A stretch of DNA of 54,465 bases, counting the filler, from Jimgerdemannia flammicorona (Eukaryota), in the NCBI GenBank assembly GCA_003990765.1. It is 2 parts of 2 records of this genome, joined end to end, with 100 filler letters (N's around TTAATTAATTAA, not from the genome) between each part and the next. Parts side by side here need not be neighbours in the genome. Positions count along the whole stretch, not along the records: positions 1 to 27,184 come from RBNJ01000654.1; 1 more part is not named here. The stretch is one strand, 5' to 3'. The notes beneath the pieces were generated by a model. That model saw nothing but the letters and a program-made list of their open reading frames with translations, ran no database searches and was not told the DNA's origin. A program made the position numbers and the translations under genes. Shown piece by piece: positions 1 to 13,878 of this stretch; positions within the stretch are counted from its first letter, which is position 1, and the number at the start of each line of letters is the position of its first letter.

Positions 1-3000
1 TCCCTTCTCTGTGAAAGACCACTTTGTCGAACACTATCCCCACCCTCCCACCACTCTGCTCACAGATCTTCATCACCAAACCTCGACGTCATCCCCCCTG
101 AGGTCCCCAACCCACCCACCATCCAGTCAGCAGATCCCCCACCAGCTCCTCCCACCTCAACACCTTCTTATGTAACCCCAACCACTACCCTTCCTCAAAT
201 ACGAAAAGCCAATGTCCCACCAGTCCCACCCATACTGCTAACACCCATCCTACAGTGAGCCAACTATCTCCCACCCCACCCACAAGCCGAGATTTTAAGT
301 CCTCCCAGCAACCCCCCTCCCCCACCAGCTGATGCCCAGCACCTAGTCTATTCTCTATCTCAGCCCAAAAATCCCCCAACACCTCACACTCTCCCATCCA
401 ATGTTCCGGCATCTGTACATACCCCCCAGCTTGCCCAATATCATAGCACTCCTCGCACTCAAATTGTCTACCCTCTACTAAATACCCTGAGTGGAAATTC
501 AGCATGACATTCCTCCGCAACATTCTCCACCATACCACCCAGTACTTGGGGGGGAGCCACCTCCGTACCTCAGCACTCCAAGACCAGATACCTGCCCAGT
601 CCCACTCCTCTCCGATTCCAACTGCCTGCCAGCCACTTGGCCAAAGGTCCCAGCCAAGCCCCTGCTGACACTCCACTCCCTCCCCAATATCAAACGCAGT
701 CAGTGGAGCACCCCCCAGGAGCAGACCATCCCAACGCCACATATTAGGCCCCCACACCACCTCCCCCTCATTACCTCGCCAGCACAGGCCAATTTGGTGA
801 GCTCCCTCAGCCACTCTCCACCAAAACCCCTTGAACCATAGCCCCTGAACTCCATTCAGCCCCACCAAAGAGAGCAGAACCCTTGAGGAGATGTTCGCAT
901 CTCCCATACCTTCTGCAGCAGAGGCACCCACCTCTGCCCTGCAATTCCACAGCTCTCTTCAACCACCAGGCTCTCAAGCAGTGTAGCCTCTTAGGGAAAT
1001 CCACCAGGCCAAGACCTCCCCTGACTACCAGTCTTGCAAGAGTATCCCAACTGACCTGGGACCTCCTCCCTGCCCAAATCCAATCCCTAGCCACCTTCAT
1101 TAGCTTCTTCACCACCCATACTGGGAAGTCTAGGTGATATGCCACATACCACAGCTTTGGGAACCAATATACATTCAGGATTGACACCTGCCCTGCTAGA
1201 GAGATATGGCAGCCTTCCCATCCTCGAAGGGCCTCCCCCCAACTGTTCACCTTGCCCTCCCACCACACTCATGGCAAGATAGAACCATATACAGAGAGGA
1301 AGATGTCCAGATACTGCACCACCTCACCAGTAGGGACAATTATTCCAATGACGTCCCCACCCACTAACCCATTCCCTAGCACTATTGTCTCACACTTATG
1401 CCAGTTGAGTTTCGCCCCTGAATGAGCCTCATACCATTTCACAGTCTCCTGAAGAGTCTTTACATCTGCCACCGACCCAAGTCCAACTACCATATCATCA
1501 GCAAAGACCCCCATCTTCCACACTATACCATATATAGAGAGCCCTGCTATCTTCTGGTAAATCCTATCCATCAATAGCTCCAGTGAAAGGGCATAGAGAA
1601 TTGGGGAAAGAGGGTCCCCCTGAGGTACTCCTCTTCCCAAGGGAAACACCCTCCCGCAATGACCATTACATGTCAGAGCTGCCCGACTACTCTCCAGCAG
1701 ACTCAACATAGAGGCCCTAAATGTTGAGGGAACACCAACGCAGTCCAGCACCTTTCCCAGCCACACCTGCTGTACATGATCGTAGGCCTTCTCCTGGTCC
1801 AGAAAGACCAACCTCCCATCCAGTCCACAGGCCCAGGCCCCTTCAATGATACCATGAACCCATGCAGTCCCATCTCTTATTAGTCTACCCCCAACAAAGC
1901 TCCTCTGCTCTTCCCCTAGCACCTGTTGGGCAACCTTCTGCAGCCTTGCGACAATCACCTTAGTCACCATCTTCCTGTCCATATCCAGAAGCATGATCGG
2001 CCTCCAGTTCTTCCAGTCTTCCCTTCTCCCCTTATCCTTGTACAGGAGAGCCACCAGCCCCAGATCCTGCTCTCCAACCCACTCACCACTCTGAAGGACA
2101 TGGTCACAAAGATCAGCCATCTCGCTCAATACACCAGGGACAATTACCATCTTCTTCCAGAAGTCCCAAGGCAATCCATCCTCTCCTGGCACTGTCCCAA
2201 GCTTAGTTGCTGCCAAGACACCCTGGATCTCCTCTCTCTGGACTGGCAAGATCAAGTCCCTCAGTCCATCAACCTGTGGTGGATCCCACTCCTCTAGTGT
2301 ACCTGCAATCTCTGTCTCATCTGCACCCCCTTCTCCCTCACTCCACAAACCCTGCCATCTCTCCTTCAAGACCTCCAGGATTTGTTGCGTGCCATAAACC
2401 ATGTCTCCATCAGCATCCAGGACCCCATCCCACTGATGACACACCCTCCTAGCTTTGAGAAGTCTCAATAAGTACCTAGAAGGCCTCTCACCCTCCTCAA
2501 GCCCCTGCCATCGCAGCCTAGCAGCCATGCCCCGCATATGTATCTCCTCCTCTTCCCGCAGCACCTGTTGCAGTTCCACTACCTCCAATCTTGCCCTCTC
2601 TAACCGCCAATCCTCCACCTCTACAACAGTGAGCAAGTCTGCCCAATCTATTTGTAGTCTCCTCAGCCTGCTGGAAGCACACCTTGTGTGCCTCCATCTC
2701 TGTCTCCCAGCCTCCCTACCAGCCTCTCCCCAATAAAACCTTGCAGCCTCTTTCAATCTCATCCATCGGACAGCCACAGGCAAACCCTCATACTTCCAGG
2801 TACCAATTTTCGCCTGAATGTCCTCCACCCATAGTTCCCACAGCCCCTTCTCAGCCAGCAGGGAGGAGTTAAGGTGCCAATGTCCGGGTCCATCTCCACT
2901 CCCCCCAAACTGCCCTTGCCCCAACAGTCCCCAGTGATCAGACCATGGGCACCACTCTACTTCCAATGCCTTCCAAACATCTGAACCCCAGCACTCCGCC

Positions 3001-3613
3001 ATCAAAATCCAGTCTATCCTTGTGCCCAGGCCATTCACCCAATGCGTGTAAACCCTGGTATCACTCCACCTCATTCGGCCCATATCCCCCAAGGAACTCA
3101 GCATCTCCACTTCCTCCCATGCATCCAGACCTCCACTTCTACCCCTGGCACTCCTCCCTCCATCAGTTCTATCCAGACGCTGATCCCGAATCATATTAAA
3201 GTCCCCACCGAGGACATCGCCCCCTTCCTCCAAGAAAATACCCTCCTCCAGCAATCTCCTAATCCATGCAATCCTCTCACCCCTAGCCGCAGGGCAGTAG
3301 CAAGAGCCCACCTTCACTGATTCCCACCCTGGCCAATGCCAATCCCCCCAGACCAAGCGATTGCCCCAGCTCCTGATTCCCCCCAAGTCTCCTCTACCCT
3401 TCCTCACCAGAATTGCCACCTTGCCAAACCAAGCAGCAGCCCCCCCCCACTCCCTAGTCCACTCCTCCTGATCAACCTCATCGAACATCGAACATCCTGT
3501 AATAAAAAGAGATCAGCCTCCAATTCCTTGAGCCAAGTAAAAATGTTCCTGTGCCGCCCAGAGCCCCTTAGCCCATTCACATTCAAGGAAAAAATGTTGG
3601 TTGTACTGTTCAT
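1..3613 (-). pseudogene. LINE ORF2 (APE endonuclease - reverse transcriptase - zf-RVT), frameshifted
   Basis: EN motifs MNSTTNIFSLNVNGL..FLLQD, GGDFN, RIDW, WSDH. RT motifs PGEDG, NWRPI, FLDQEKAYD, GVPQGDPLSP, FADD, GAKLNWHK. C-terminal CEEC...EH...C. Split over ORFs 3404-3613, 1269-3488, 807-1268 and 185-931. Confidence 0.93.
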
Positions 3614-3660
3614 AAAGAATAATGGTATAAGTCTGGGCCCATCCTCTAAAAGTCAGCATC

Positions 3661-5679
3661 CTACCTCTCCTGCACCAAGTCCAAGTTCAGTTCAGCAGCC
3701 AGTTCCCTCTCCCCAGCTTCCTGTGCCTCCAACTCTCCCAGAAGTTCTACCATTGCCCCATCTTCATGCTCCTCAAAATCTTCACAGTACTCCAGACAGG
3801 TCTCTTGCCAGAGCTGCAGACCATAGCGCTCTGCCCAACAGTAATTTGCCCACTCACTAGCAACCACCCCCAGCTCTGCCTTCCTCACCTCGTCAACCTC
3901 ATATCCCTCCTCCTCTACCAAAATTGCCAGAATTTCCACCTTCAGTGCCTCCACCATGCCATCCCCATACAGGATCCTTACCCAATGCTCCTCAGGCATC
4001 ACCCGCAGGTCCACCTCCCCCAATGCTTCAGCTGCAAGGTTATCCATCACCTTGTGTACCCACAACAAGTTCCCCACCTCCTTCCCTCCCAGAGTCCCTG
4101 GTCGCCCTACATCCAACATCGTGGTATCAGCTCCTACACTAGCAGTCTCATCCCACTCCTCCTCAGGGATATCCACCAGCTCATCCTTGCCAACTGCCAC
4201 CACCTGACCCCCTTGAGCCATATCAGAGACCCCAAAGTGCACCTGCTGGGCCCCCTGCATTCGTATATCCCCTGTCCTCCCTCGCTTCCCCACTGGGCCC
4301 CTCCTGATAAGTGGGGGGGGGGGTGGCATCCACCTCCAGCTCCCACACTTCAAAGGTACCATCAGCAAACAGGTCCTCGCCCAGCCCCTTCCCAGTCCCT
4401 GCCTCCTTCGCCTCCACCTCCTCTCCCTCTTTACCAGCCCAGACACTGGCCTCAGCACCTCCAGCCCCCTCAGCTTCACCCAACTTCTTCTTCCCCCCAC
4501 TAGTCATATCCACCAACAGCTCCTTCTGCTTCTTATGTCTCTGAATCCACTCCCACTGCTTCTTATCCATACAGATATGCCTCCTGCCCACAACCTCGAG
4601 ATGCGTCATCTCCTCAAACAGTTTCCAGGCCTTCTCCCTCCTCTCCACAGCCCCACCCAACTCCTCCAGTGCCTCCAACAAGTCCTCCTCCTCCTCTTCA
4701 CTCCCCTTCACCCTCGACACCTTGCAGATGACAGTCCCCCACATCAGCACTGAGGGCCAATCACTCATCTTCCCTGTGGCCTCCTTCCCTGCCAACTGAA
4801 TCCTGACATCCATGTCACCTATCCTGATAGTCATCCTCTCCCACAACTGAAAGCCAATGTCTACCACATCGCCATACTCAATCATCACCTCCTCCACCCT
4901 CCTCCTCGTCTCCTCCTTAGTCACTGTGGGCACCCCCCTCACCAGAAGCTGCACCACTCTGGGGTCCCATCTCAAGCACCTTACCATGGGGACCACCACC
5001 TCCCCAACCACCATCTCCGTCTTCATGGCCTCATCCAGTAGGCCCGCCTCCTCAAAGCCTACCTCAACCCCCTCCATGCCCTTCAAGAACTTCACCGAAG
5101 CCACCCCAGCCACCTGCCTCAAGATAAGCCCCAGGACCATCCTTGCCATCACTGCCAAGTCTCGGAAGCACAAGGTAGCTGCAAACTCCAAGATTGACTT
5201 CTTGAGCAATGGGGCCACCACCAGTCCCATTACACCATCCGCCAGGTCCCCCTTCCTCATTGGGAACCCTGCCCCCCCTGGCCATCAGCCATCACATCTC
5301 TTTTTTTTTCCTGATTCGCCGTCACATCACTATCAGCAGTCCCACCACTACCCCCAGCAGCCCCTCCACTTCCCCCACCTCCCACCAGTGAAGGCCCAGC
5401 ACCCACAGCAGTTCCATCCTTCTGCTTCCCCTTCCCTCCTGCCAGCCCACCACAAGTGCCCAACAGCCAGCCTCCATCCCTCAGCATATCTGCAAAGCTC
5501 CTCCCCTGCTTCCCTCCAGCCCCTCCACCAGTGCCATCTCCACTCCCTGAGCCACCCTGCCCACTTGAGCCACCAAAGGACCCCATCCCCAGTCCATACC
5601 CTCTCCCGACATGTTGCCAGTCGAAGGCCCCAGGTCCACCCGACCTAGGACATGCATCGGCTCGCTTGCTGGTTGACAT
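3661..5679 (-). pseudogene. LINE ORF1 (Gly-rich N-terminus, RRM-like domain, acidic helical C-terminus), frameshifted
   Basis: ORFs 5257-5700, 4223-5260 and 3661-4500 join. RRM-like stretch VQLLVRGVP...EYGDVVDIGF...GDMDVRIQL is colinear with ORF1 at 23660-25576. Confidence 0.85.
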
Positions 5680-6479
5680 CTCCTTAGTATCTTTCTCCAA
5701 TAAATGCTTTGAAAGTGTGTTGTAAAGTGTGTGTAACGTGAATTGTAGCAGAGAGAGATAAATTTTCTTCTTACTGATAGAAAAGAAGTTATAAGAGATC
5801 TGAGTAGAAGATATTGAATCAAAGATTGTTGGTTGGAACTATAAGAAGGTCTGCTGGAAGAAGTTGAAGAAGGCTACTAGAGTATATTGAAGAGAGACTA
5901 GTAGATTTGCTAGAGTACAGTAGTATAAGAGAGTGAGATGAGCTTCTGGTTGAATGATAGAGTTATAGTTAGATTAGACTGAACTATTGAGCCAGAAGAT
6001 AGTAGAGAATTAGAGGCTAAAATAAGCTCAGTTGGAGATAGTAGAGTTAAAGAGAATATTGAGAAGAGATATAATAATCCTTTTTTTTTTTGGTCATATT
6101 ACTCAATAGAATATTCTAGAATAGCTTAAAATAGTAGAAAATTACTTAGTCATTTGCTAAGAACCTGTTTTCTAAATAGTTCTACCAAGATTCCATTAAT
6201 TACTAATTAATAATTAGTAACTCTCTATAATATTCTACTAAGTTCTACTAAGCATAACTTATTGCTCAGTATTTAGCTTTGTAACATTTTATCTATTTCT
6301 ATTTCTTTTATATAAATATCCTCTATGAATACTTTAATAAAGCTCAGTTTAGTTAGTTATCACATATTTACTCAAATCTTCTGAAGATAATTAACTTCTC
6401 AAGTTCTATTCCTTAAATCTAATTATATATTTCTATTCAAACATTTGTCAATATAGTCTAAGTCTCAGATTTCATCTGA

Positions 6480-7864
6480 CTTAACTAAAGTAAAGTACTA
6501 TTGTACTTCAATAAGTATAATTATTCTCTATAATATATATATTTATTATAATCAATAGTAATGAAAAAGTTAATCTCACTTCCTTATTAGTATTTTTTGA
6601 TATCATAACCTCTGTAAAAGATATATAACAGCTCTAACAATAAGTAGTATAACTTTTATAAGTCTATTAAGAGATACAAAGCAATAGAGGAGACATCAGG
6701 TTCTAAAGATAAAGAATCTGAACTAACAGTAGATCTCTCTACTATAGTCAAGAAGACTTATCTCAAGTTATTGCCACCTAAACCCTATAATGAAAAAAAG
6801 ACAATATTGAAACCTAGCTCTTCAATATGAATCAGTATTTAGCAATAATGAATATATCAAATAATGAGTCAGTTACTTATATAGGAGCAATACTATAAGA
6901 AGATATAGCTATTTAGTAGAAAATGAAATTCCAAGTAACTAAGGATGAAAATGAAGACCTCTCAAACTGGAATAAGTTTCAAGATCAACTTATATAGCAG
7001 AGCTCATCAACTTAAAAAAAATAGCCAGAGATAAATTAATATCTCTGTGATAAATGAGATCAGTCAAAATCTATACTACTATCTTTATAAGTATAGTCTT
7101 AGAGATCAATGATATCAGCAAAGCTGAAAAGCTTGATAAATATATATGTAAAGGACTCAAGGATCATACTAAGTAAGAAGTAAAACTATGAAATCTAAAT
7201 ACTATCAAAGAAGCAATATTGATTACTGACTACTTTAATATAATTTTTCTTAGAAAAACTATTTCTCTGAACAAACCAAGAAGCCCCAATAAGAATATAG
7301 ATAACTCAGAAAGATTATAGTATCTACTCTAATAGATTTGGACACCATTATCAAATCAAGACTTATATTAGAGAAAAAGGAAAAATTGTATAAGAGCAAA
7401 GCCTATTTTTACTACTAAGAAGAAGAATACATTACTGCTAAATACCTAAAAAAGACTAAGAATAAGATAGAAATAAAGAAGGCTCTAGCTATTACTAAGA
7501 AGGAAATAGTAATACCAATTACTCAAACTAAAGAAGTATATCTAATAGTTCAAAAACTATATTCTGATACTATTATATCAAAAGTAAAAACCTCAGAAGT
7601 AATTGGGTTAGACCTAGTAGCTATTCAAGATACAACAATTCCTACAGAACAGTGATAACTTATAGCTATTGGGCTAGTCATATAGATATCTGAAAGATAT
7701 TATAGAAGAATTATACTACAATCAGATCTTAGTATCAAATACTATATTAATCTGAGTATAAAAGTAATTAACTCAGATTATTATAGAGAAATTAAAGCAC
7801 TTTTAGTTAATAATAATATATAACTCTTTGAGATCAAGAAACAAGACCAGATTATATATATAAC
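6480..7864 (+). mobile_element. Ty3/gypsy family C, 5' part: degenerate gag, zinc knuckle and N-terminal part of a dUTPase
   Basis: Decayed gag-like frame and CCHC relic at ~7400. dUTPase relic GLDLVA...IAIGL...YYRRIILQSDL...VINSDYYREIKALLVN...IKKQDQI, consistent with G.DL / RSGL / IDPDYRGEI after C>T and G>A decay. 5' boundary approximate. Confidence 0.75.
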
Positions 7865-7924
7865 TAGAGCTCTGCAACCCAAGCCAACTCAAGTCATCTT
7901 ATCAGAGAATATACATATATCCTT

Positions 7925-10900
7925 CAATATTCAGATTTGGAATATCTTCATTGAGTTTAAAGAAGAGGTTTCTGAAATTAGGTGGTATAAAGATTTTGAA
8001 GGTAGTTTGCTCTCTAGGCTCCAGGATGAGATTCTTATACAGTTTGACTAATTGGCAGTATACTTGCTGAAGAACATTCCTCTTGAGATAATTAATCTGA
8101 AGCAGATGTACTGCCTTTTTGTCTGAGCTCCCAAATCCTTTAGCTTACCTTGTTCTTTCAGTCAGTTTGGGGACTTCTTGTAGTTATGGAGTCTTGACTT
8201 TCATGAAGACTGCTTGGGTAATCTTCTGTCCTCTCATAATTTGGTATCATTCTATACTACTATTGTGCAGAATGATCTTGATTTTGCCTATATATTTTAG
8301 GTTAATAGTTCCTTCTTCTACAGTTATTTCTTATCTGGCAAGTCCAGATCTTGAGATCAGTTGGATGTAAGTTCCTTGGGGTAGCTGCATGGCTAGTCTA
8401 GTTCTAAACATCAGTATTCTTCCAGGCTTGATAAGTTCATTCTCTAGACTGTGAAGGTTATACTCTATATCTTCTTGGTGAGCTTTGGTCAGGGGTTTGG
8501 CCTTAGAATGTAGTAGGGCATATTGGGCAATATCTTTGCTAAGTTTGGGCTGTCCTTGGGCTGAACCTCTACTGGTAGAAAGTCTCTAGGCTCTGAGGTT
8601 GAGGTGTAGCTATCTGACTCCAGTAGAGGGATCTTGGAGGTAGTTGATTCCTCTCTTTCTTATAGGGTCTAGGGCTTTCATGACATTGGTGGCATCCTCT
8701 ACCCATCCTTGGTAGGTTGTGTGTCTGATGAGAGCTAAGATGTCTTCTTCTAAATCATAGATCTTGAGAGTTCTTTTTCCTGATTTCTTGGTCTGGCTCT
8801 TTCAGATCTAGCCTCTGTTATCTTCTCTCTTCAAGGTGTAAATTGCAATATCTTAACTGAGATTAATCTTCTAGTGTCTGCAGTCTTGGCAGTCTGGGTG
8901 TTTTCCATAGTTACAATATCCCATTACTTGAAAATGCTGTTCCTGATTATTAATTTCTTACTGCTTTGGAAATTGGTATCTATCTTAGTCATAGACTGGG
9001 AGAAGAGTAGACAGAGAGTATATCTCTGTTTGAGTAAAGAGGTCTTGTTCTCTAAATTGACTTTGCAACTTAATGGTAACTTCTTGGAAGATGGTTGACT
9101 ATATAACTATAGTTGGGGGTTCTAATTTTCAAGGTCTCTATCTTTCTTATTGGTTCAGTAAATAGCACTGATAGTAGTAGTCTTGGGGAGAGTGAAAGAC
9201 TATTTAATATGAGCATCTTCCTAGCCAAAAAGCTCTTTCTTGGTATATTTCTTACTTGGGAATAATGGGAATTATACTATATTCTTTCTCTATATTCTAT
9301 AGATCATTATCTTCAGATGGTGTCCAGTGAGGATCATTTCAGGGGATAAGTTCAGGAACCTCTTCTTCTTCAGATTCTTCTTTAGAAATCTCCTGTTTAG
9401 GGATTTCTTCCTCCTCAGATGATTCTTGACCCCAGATTGCTTGTACCTCTACAGCTTTGGCTGCAGGTATTTCTGAAACATATCTGCATTTCTTCTTCTT
9501 CCTTCTGTACTCAGGGTAGGCTGTACCAGGCGAATTCCTTGTTCCAATGATCTTGAAGGAGTGCTCAGGGCATTTATATCTCTTGAGGCAGGTGGGATAT
9601 TCTTTGATTTCTCCTATAATGGCTTTGATGGTAATGGGGACAGTATTCTTGGTCCATACATTGTCTTCTGGCCTGTCATCTATCAGGTTGATTCAGAGAT
9701 TGAGTCTGGGATCATTTCCATCTTCAGATTCTTCTTCCTCTTCTGAAGTAGATTCTTTACTGTTAATATATTCTTTCTGAATAATAACCTTCTTCTTCTT
9801 CTTTGATTGCTCATAGCTGGTTATCTTAACTCAGTACTTCTTGCCTCAGTAGTCAAACTTGAGTACTTGTTGACCAATATCAATAACTATATTCATTTCC
9901 TTCATCCAGTTGGTGTCAAGGATCATATTATAGGTTATAGCTTCAGTAATAATAGCTTTTGAGATAGAGAACTGAATGTGTCTAAGAGAGATAGTGATAT
10001 TTCATACTTCTCTAAGAGATTGAGTTCAGGCTCTATCTGCTACTATAATGCTGAGATTGGATAGTCTATCAATGGGCCATTAGAGGGTATCTAGGAATTG
10101 TTTGATAATGATACAGACAGCTATTCCTGTGTCTATGAGAATTTTTGCCTTTTGTCCTCTAATATCTCCATATAAGTGAGTACTGATATATCTCTCTGTA
10201 GTTTGGATAGAGATGGGAGCTGGCTCTTGCTGTAGGATTGGAACTCAGCCAGTACTAGACCTGGTGATCTTTAGCAATTTGTTTCAGACTCTAGCTAGTG
10301 TTAATTGTAGGAACTACAGAAGAGAAACTTCCATCTTAGCTTCTTGAATCTTCTGCCAGGCTTCATTATAGATATCTCTTGATATGGTCTTTGGGGTGTA
10401 CTTCTTCTTGGGCTTTAGGGCAGCAGGTTCTCATTCTTCTTATTCTATTTCTTCATCCTCTGAGAGCAGCTCATTTGTCTTAGAGACAAAAGGTGAGAGA
10501 GATCAGGAAGGTGTTTTTACTTACTTCTCTTCATATTCTTCATCTTTCTCTTGAATTCTTCTGCTGATATTTCTGGATGGCCTTCCTACAGATCTCTTTC
10601 TCTTCTCTATTGGGTAAACTGTCTTTTGGATAGTAACTTTGGCTGGATACAAATCTAGGTCACTGTAGTCTTCACTGTTACTTTCTTCTTCAAAATCTTC
10701 AACAAGATAAGCTTCAGTCTTCTTATACTGGGTTTCATTTCTTCAGTTTGGTGGTTCTGAGTTCCTTCAGTTACTTCTTCTATTGTCACATTCAGTAGTA
10801 TAGTGTCCAAATTGCCTACAGTGGAAGTTTTGGACTTGGGCTCTATCTTAGACAGAGTATCTTCTTTCTCTTACTGATAGTTCCTGTTATCTCTGGGTAG

Positions 10901-13517
10901 ATAACCTTAGCTCCTTTGTGGTAGATATCCTCTGTTGTCTTGATAACTCCAATTTTCATATATGGTGAGTTCAATCTATCTAACCAATTAGTCCAACTTG
11001 GAACTGAGGTCTTGAATTTTACTTCTATTCTTCTTTCCTTCTTTGGCTAGTCTTCTTTCTTCAGATTTTTCCTATCCTTAGAGGAGTCCTTATAGAGCTT
11101 TGATCAGGATGTCTTCTTTATCATCTTTTTTGTTATAATCACTCCAGATAGTTTCTTGTCTGATATCAAAGAATCCTTAGGCTATATCTACTTATTCTTC
11201 AGACCTTCTGATGTCTAGGATGAAGATATGCTGGACAATATTCAGGAAAATTCCATTCATGAAGGTCATTAGACCTATAATATCTTACTTGGTGACATTG
11301 AACCTGATTGTATATATTCTCTTCTGAATTCTTGTAAAGAAGGCTCTAGGTGATTCTCTAAAATTTATCTTTATTTCTATAATGGATTCTTGAGTCTTAT
11401 AGTAGGTTTCATTTTCTGTATATTTTTTAATGAGCTAGTGGACCATGGCTATGTATTCTAGCTGATAAGATGTTGCTACTTATATTTCTGCTATAAGTTC
11501 TGAATATGAGTCATTTACTATTCAGTGGAAAATTCCTCTGGCTGGTTCTCTGAGCTGGACCTTGTAGATAGTGATTTTTCTTTTATCTGAGAGATTTCTC
11601 AGAGCTGTAATTTTCTCAATTTTATCAAAGAATTCTCTAGGATCTTCTTCTGGATATCCTGCAAAGGTTGGCAATAGAGTGATCATTTCATCATCACTTT
11701 CTTCTAATTCTGATTCTGGTCTAGATTCTGATTCAGATTCTGACTCTAATTTACTTTCTGAACTATTACTAGAGATGGGGGTACTTAGATATCTTGAGGA
11801 TAGTATTATGGATCTTAGGCAAAGTGGAATGAGCCTAGGTATTATTAAAGGAGCTGTTTTTAATTCTATAAGGGCTGATAGTAAAGGTTCAATAGGTGAG
11901 ATTGGTGGGGCCTCTCTGGGGTGTCTAGCTGCTGGATGCTGGGCTTGTGTAATGAGATCTTCTAGTTCTTGTATAAGTTTTTCAAAGTTTCCAACAGAGC
12001 CACCTATATTGTCTGGTTGATCTGATTGAAGATTTCAGACTATACTGACTTCTGATTGGAATTCTTCAGATACTGTATAGTTGACAAGTCTTGAAGTAAT
12101 TACTTCTCTTCCTGTCCAAATGCTAGTGATGACTGGTTCTCCTATAGTAGTAGAGATTAGTATTGTATCAAATATATCCAGTTTGACTGTGGGTTCTTAT
12201 GAGCTGAAAAGTCATGTTGATTTTGAAACCTTCTTAGTTAAGCTCTCAAATATAACATACCTGGCTCAATGAAGGCAAATTATAAGGTTGAGAATTGATG
12301 TAGGCCTCTAGTTACTTTGTCAAAAAGTAATAAAATATTCTAAGATTTCTGAGATCTTTAGTGTTTAGTGGTATAATGATCAATCTAGATACAGTGGTCA
12401 ATTTTTATATCAGTTTCCTTATTAGGACAGTTCTTAGATATAATAGTAATTTATATAGTATAAATGGTCTGGCAATTTAGCAGTTTTTCTTCTTGAGTAA
12501 TAGGCAATCTCTGTATAGTGTAATGATCTCTAAAAGTATGTGATTTCTATATAATGATCTCTTATATAACACAATAATCTCTGTATGGTATAGTGGATTT
12601 CTTATATAGATTTGGCAAATAACTCAATTTGACATAAACTCTCTAAGTCAGACTTACTGGGAATAAAGAATAGTATAGATTCTCCTAAATTAGCTATTCT
12701 GGAAATATCAGATAACTTGGATAACTTAGATAAATCAATATAGTAGACTCTTTTAGAAATAGTAGATAGTGTGAATTCTTCTGAATCAGGCTCACTGGGA
12801 ATGGGTGAACAACTCAGATGATGTAGATAATTTGAATAACTCAGATAACTCAGATGTCATAGATTCTTCCTGAATTGGTAGAGTTCTTCTAGGAATCTTA
12901 GATAACTTGAATAATATAGATTCTTAGTAAGTTACATCAAAGACTAGCTTCATTTGTACAAATAAATTACTGTGAAGTTGCATCTAATAGACTGGCTTGT
13001 AGTAAGAATAGTAGCTTATTTCTTAGATGGCAGATTACTTAAATGGCAGTAAAGTTCTTCTTTGAACTTAGCGGATTTCTTCAGGCTTATCTAGTAAGTG
13101 AACCAAAAACATAACAAACTCTTCTTTGTATCAGAAAGTAGACTAGAGTGAGAAAAAGGAACTAATACTCAATCTTTAGAGACTTCTTTAATTTGTACTT
13201 CAATTCAGACTGAGGTTTATTTACTCTTATCTCTGGAATATTTTATATAGTTGTAATTGCTATCTGATTACTATATTGTTAACTATAGATTGCTATCTAT
13301 AATAAGTATTTCTGAACAGTACAGTGTATCCACATAGTACAGTATATCTACTTGATATAGTATATCCACTCAGTATAGGTAAACATACTGTTTCTAGTAT
13401 CTCTGACTAATTATATAGGTTGGCATAGTAAAGTAGTCTTGGTTACTTAGTGCACTAGATATGGTATATATATGGCTAATTTATAATTTTGACAGTACAA
13501 TTCTGCTGCTTATTACA
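7925..13517 (-). mobile_element. Ty3/gypsy family A copy 1 (5' LTR, leader, gag, protease, Cys/His insert, dUTPase; truncated before RT)
   Basis: Reverse complement aligns with 27541-31550 (gag to dUTPase) and 35090-36170 (LTR and leader). Protease ILIDTG at ~10130; dUTPase ~8115-8530. Confidence 0.92.
13110..13517 (-). repeat. 5' LTR of gypsy family A copy 1, followed by PBS-like TGGTTCACTT
   Basis: Begins TGTAAT at 13517 and ends TGTTATG at 13110 on the minus strand. Contains TATA and AATAAACCTCAG. Its 3' half matches the LTR at 34777-35224. Confidence 0.75.
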
Positions 13518-13529
13518 ATATAAATATAA

Positions 13530-13860
13530 ATTGAGTTTTCTGATTGGGTTTCTGATTAGCTTCTAGTTAGGTTGGATTTCTGGATTGAGTTTCTGATTGA
13601 GTTCTGATTGGGTTGAGTTTCTGGATTGGGTTTCTGGTTAGGTCACAGGTTGGGTTTGGATTGGGTTGAATATATTATTGGTTTGACTATTTTCTAAGTT
13701 AGGTATATTTCTGATCTGGTTATTTTTCAGATTGAGTATACTGCTGGCTCAGCTATTTTCTGGGTCAGATATATTCCTAGCTCAGCTATTATCTAGATCA
13801 GATATGCTGCTAGCTCTGCTATTTTCTGGGTTAAGTTTTGGATTCACCAGATTAGATTTG
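13530..13860. repeat. Subterminal tandem repeats of the hAT-like element (~10-bp GGGTTTCTGA units, then ~33-bp units)
   Basis: Visible periodicity, e.g. TATACTGCTGGCTCAGCTATTTTCTGGGTCAGA repeated ~5 times just inside the right TIR. Confidence 0.7.
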
Positions 13861-13878
13861 TGGAGCTTTATATATAAC

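Larger units (their letters stand above)
1..5735 (-). mobile_element. Near full-length L1/Tx1-like LINE (non-LTR retrotransposon); 3' end lies just outside the window
   Basis: Two-ORF layout: ORF1, a ~47-bp spacer, then ORF2 with APE endonuclease, RT and C-terminal CCHC. Homologous to the other LINE copies in the window. Confidence 0.95.
7865..13870. mobile_element. hAT-like DNA transposon remnant inserted in the family C dUTPase and itself invaded by gypsy family A
   Basis: Left end TAGAGCTCTGCAA; right end reverse complement TAAAGCTCCACAA (only transition mismatches). 8-bp TSD TATATAAC at 7857-7864 and 13871-13878. The dUTPase frame resumes after the TSD. Confidence 0.75.

Noticed and set aside
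5740..6470. Possible extra element fragment and family C 5' LTR
   Set aside because: Too degenerate; no partner LTR or diagnostic motif to fix boundaries.
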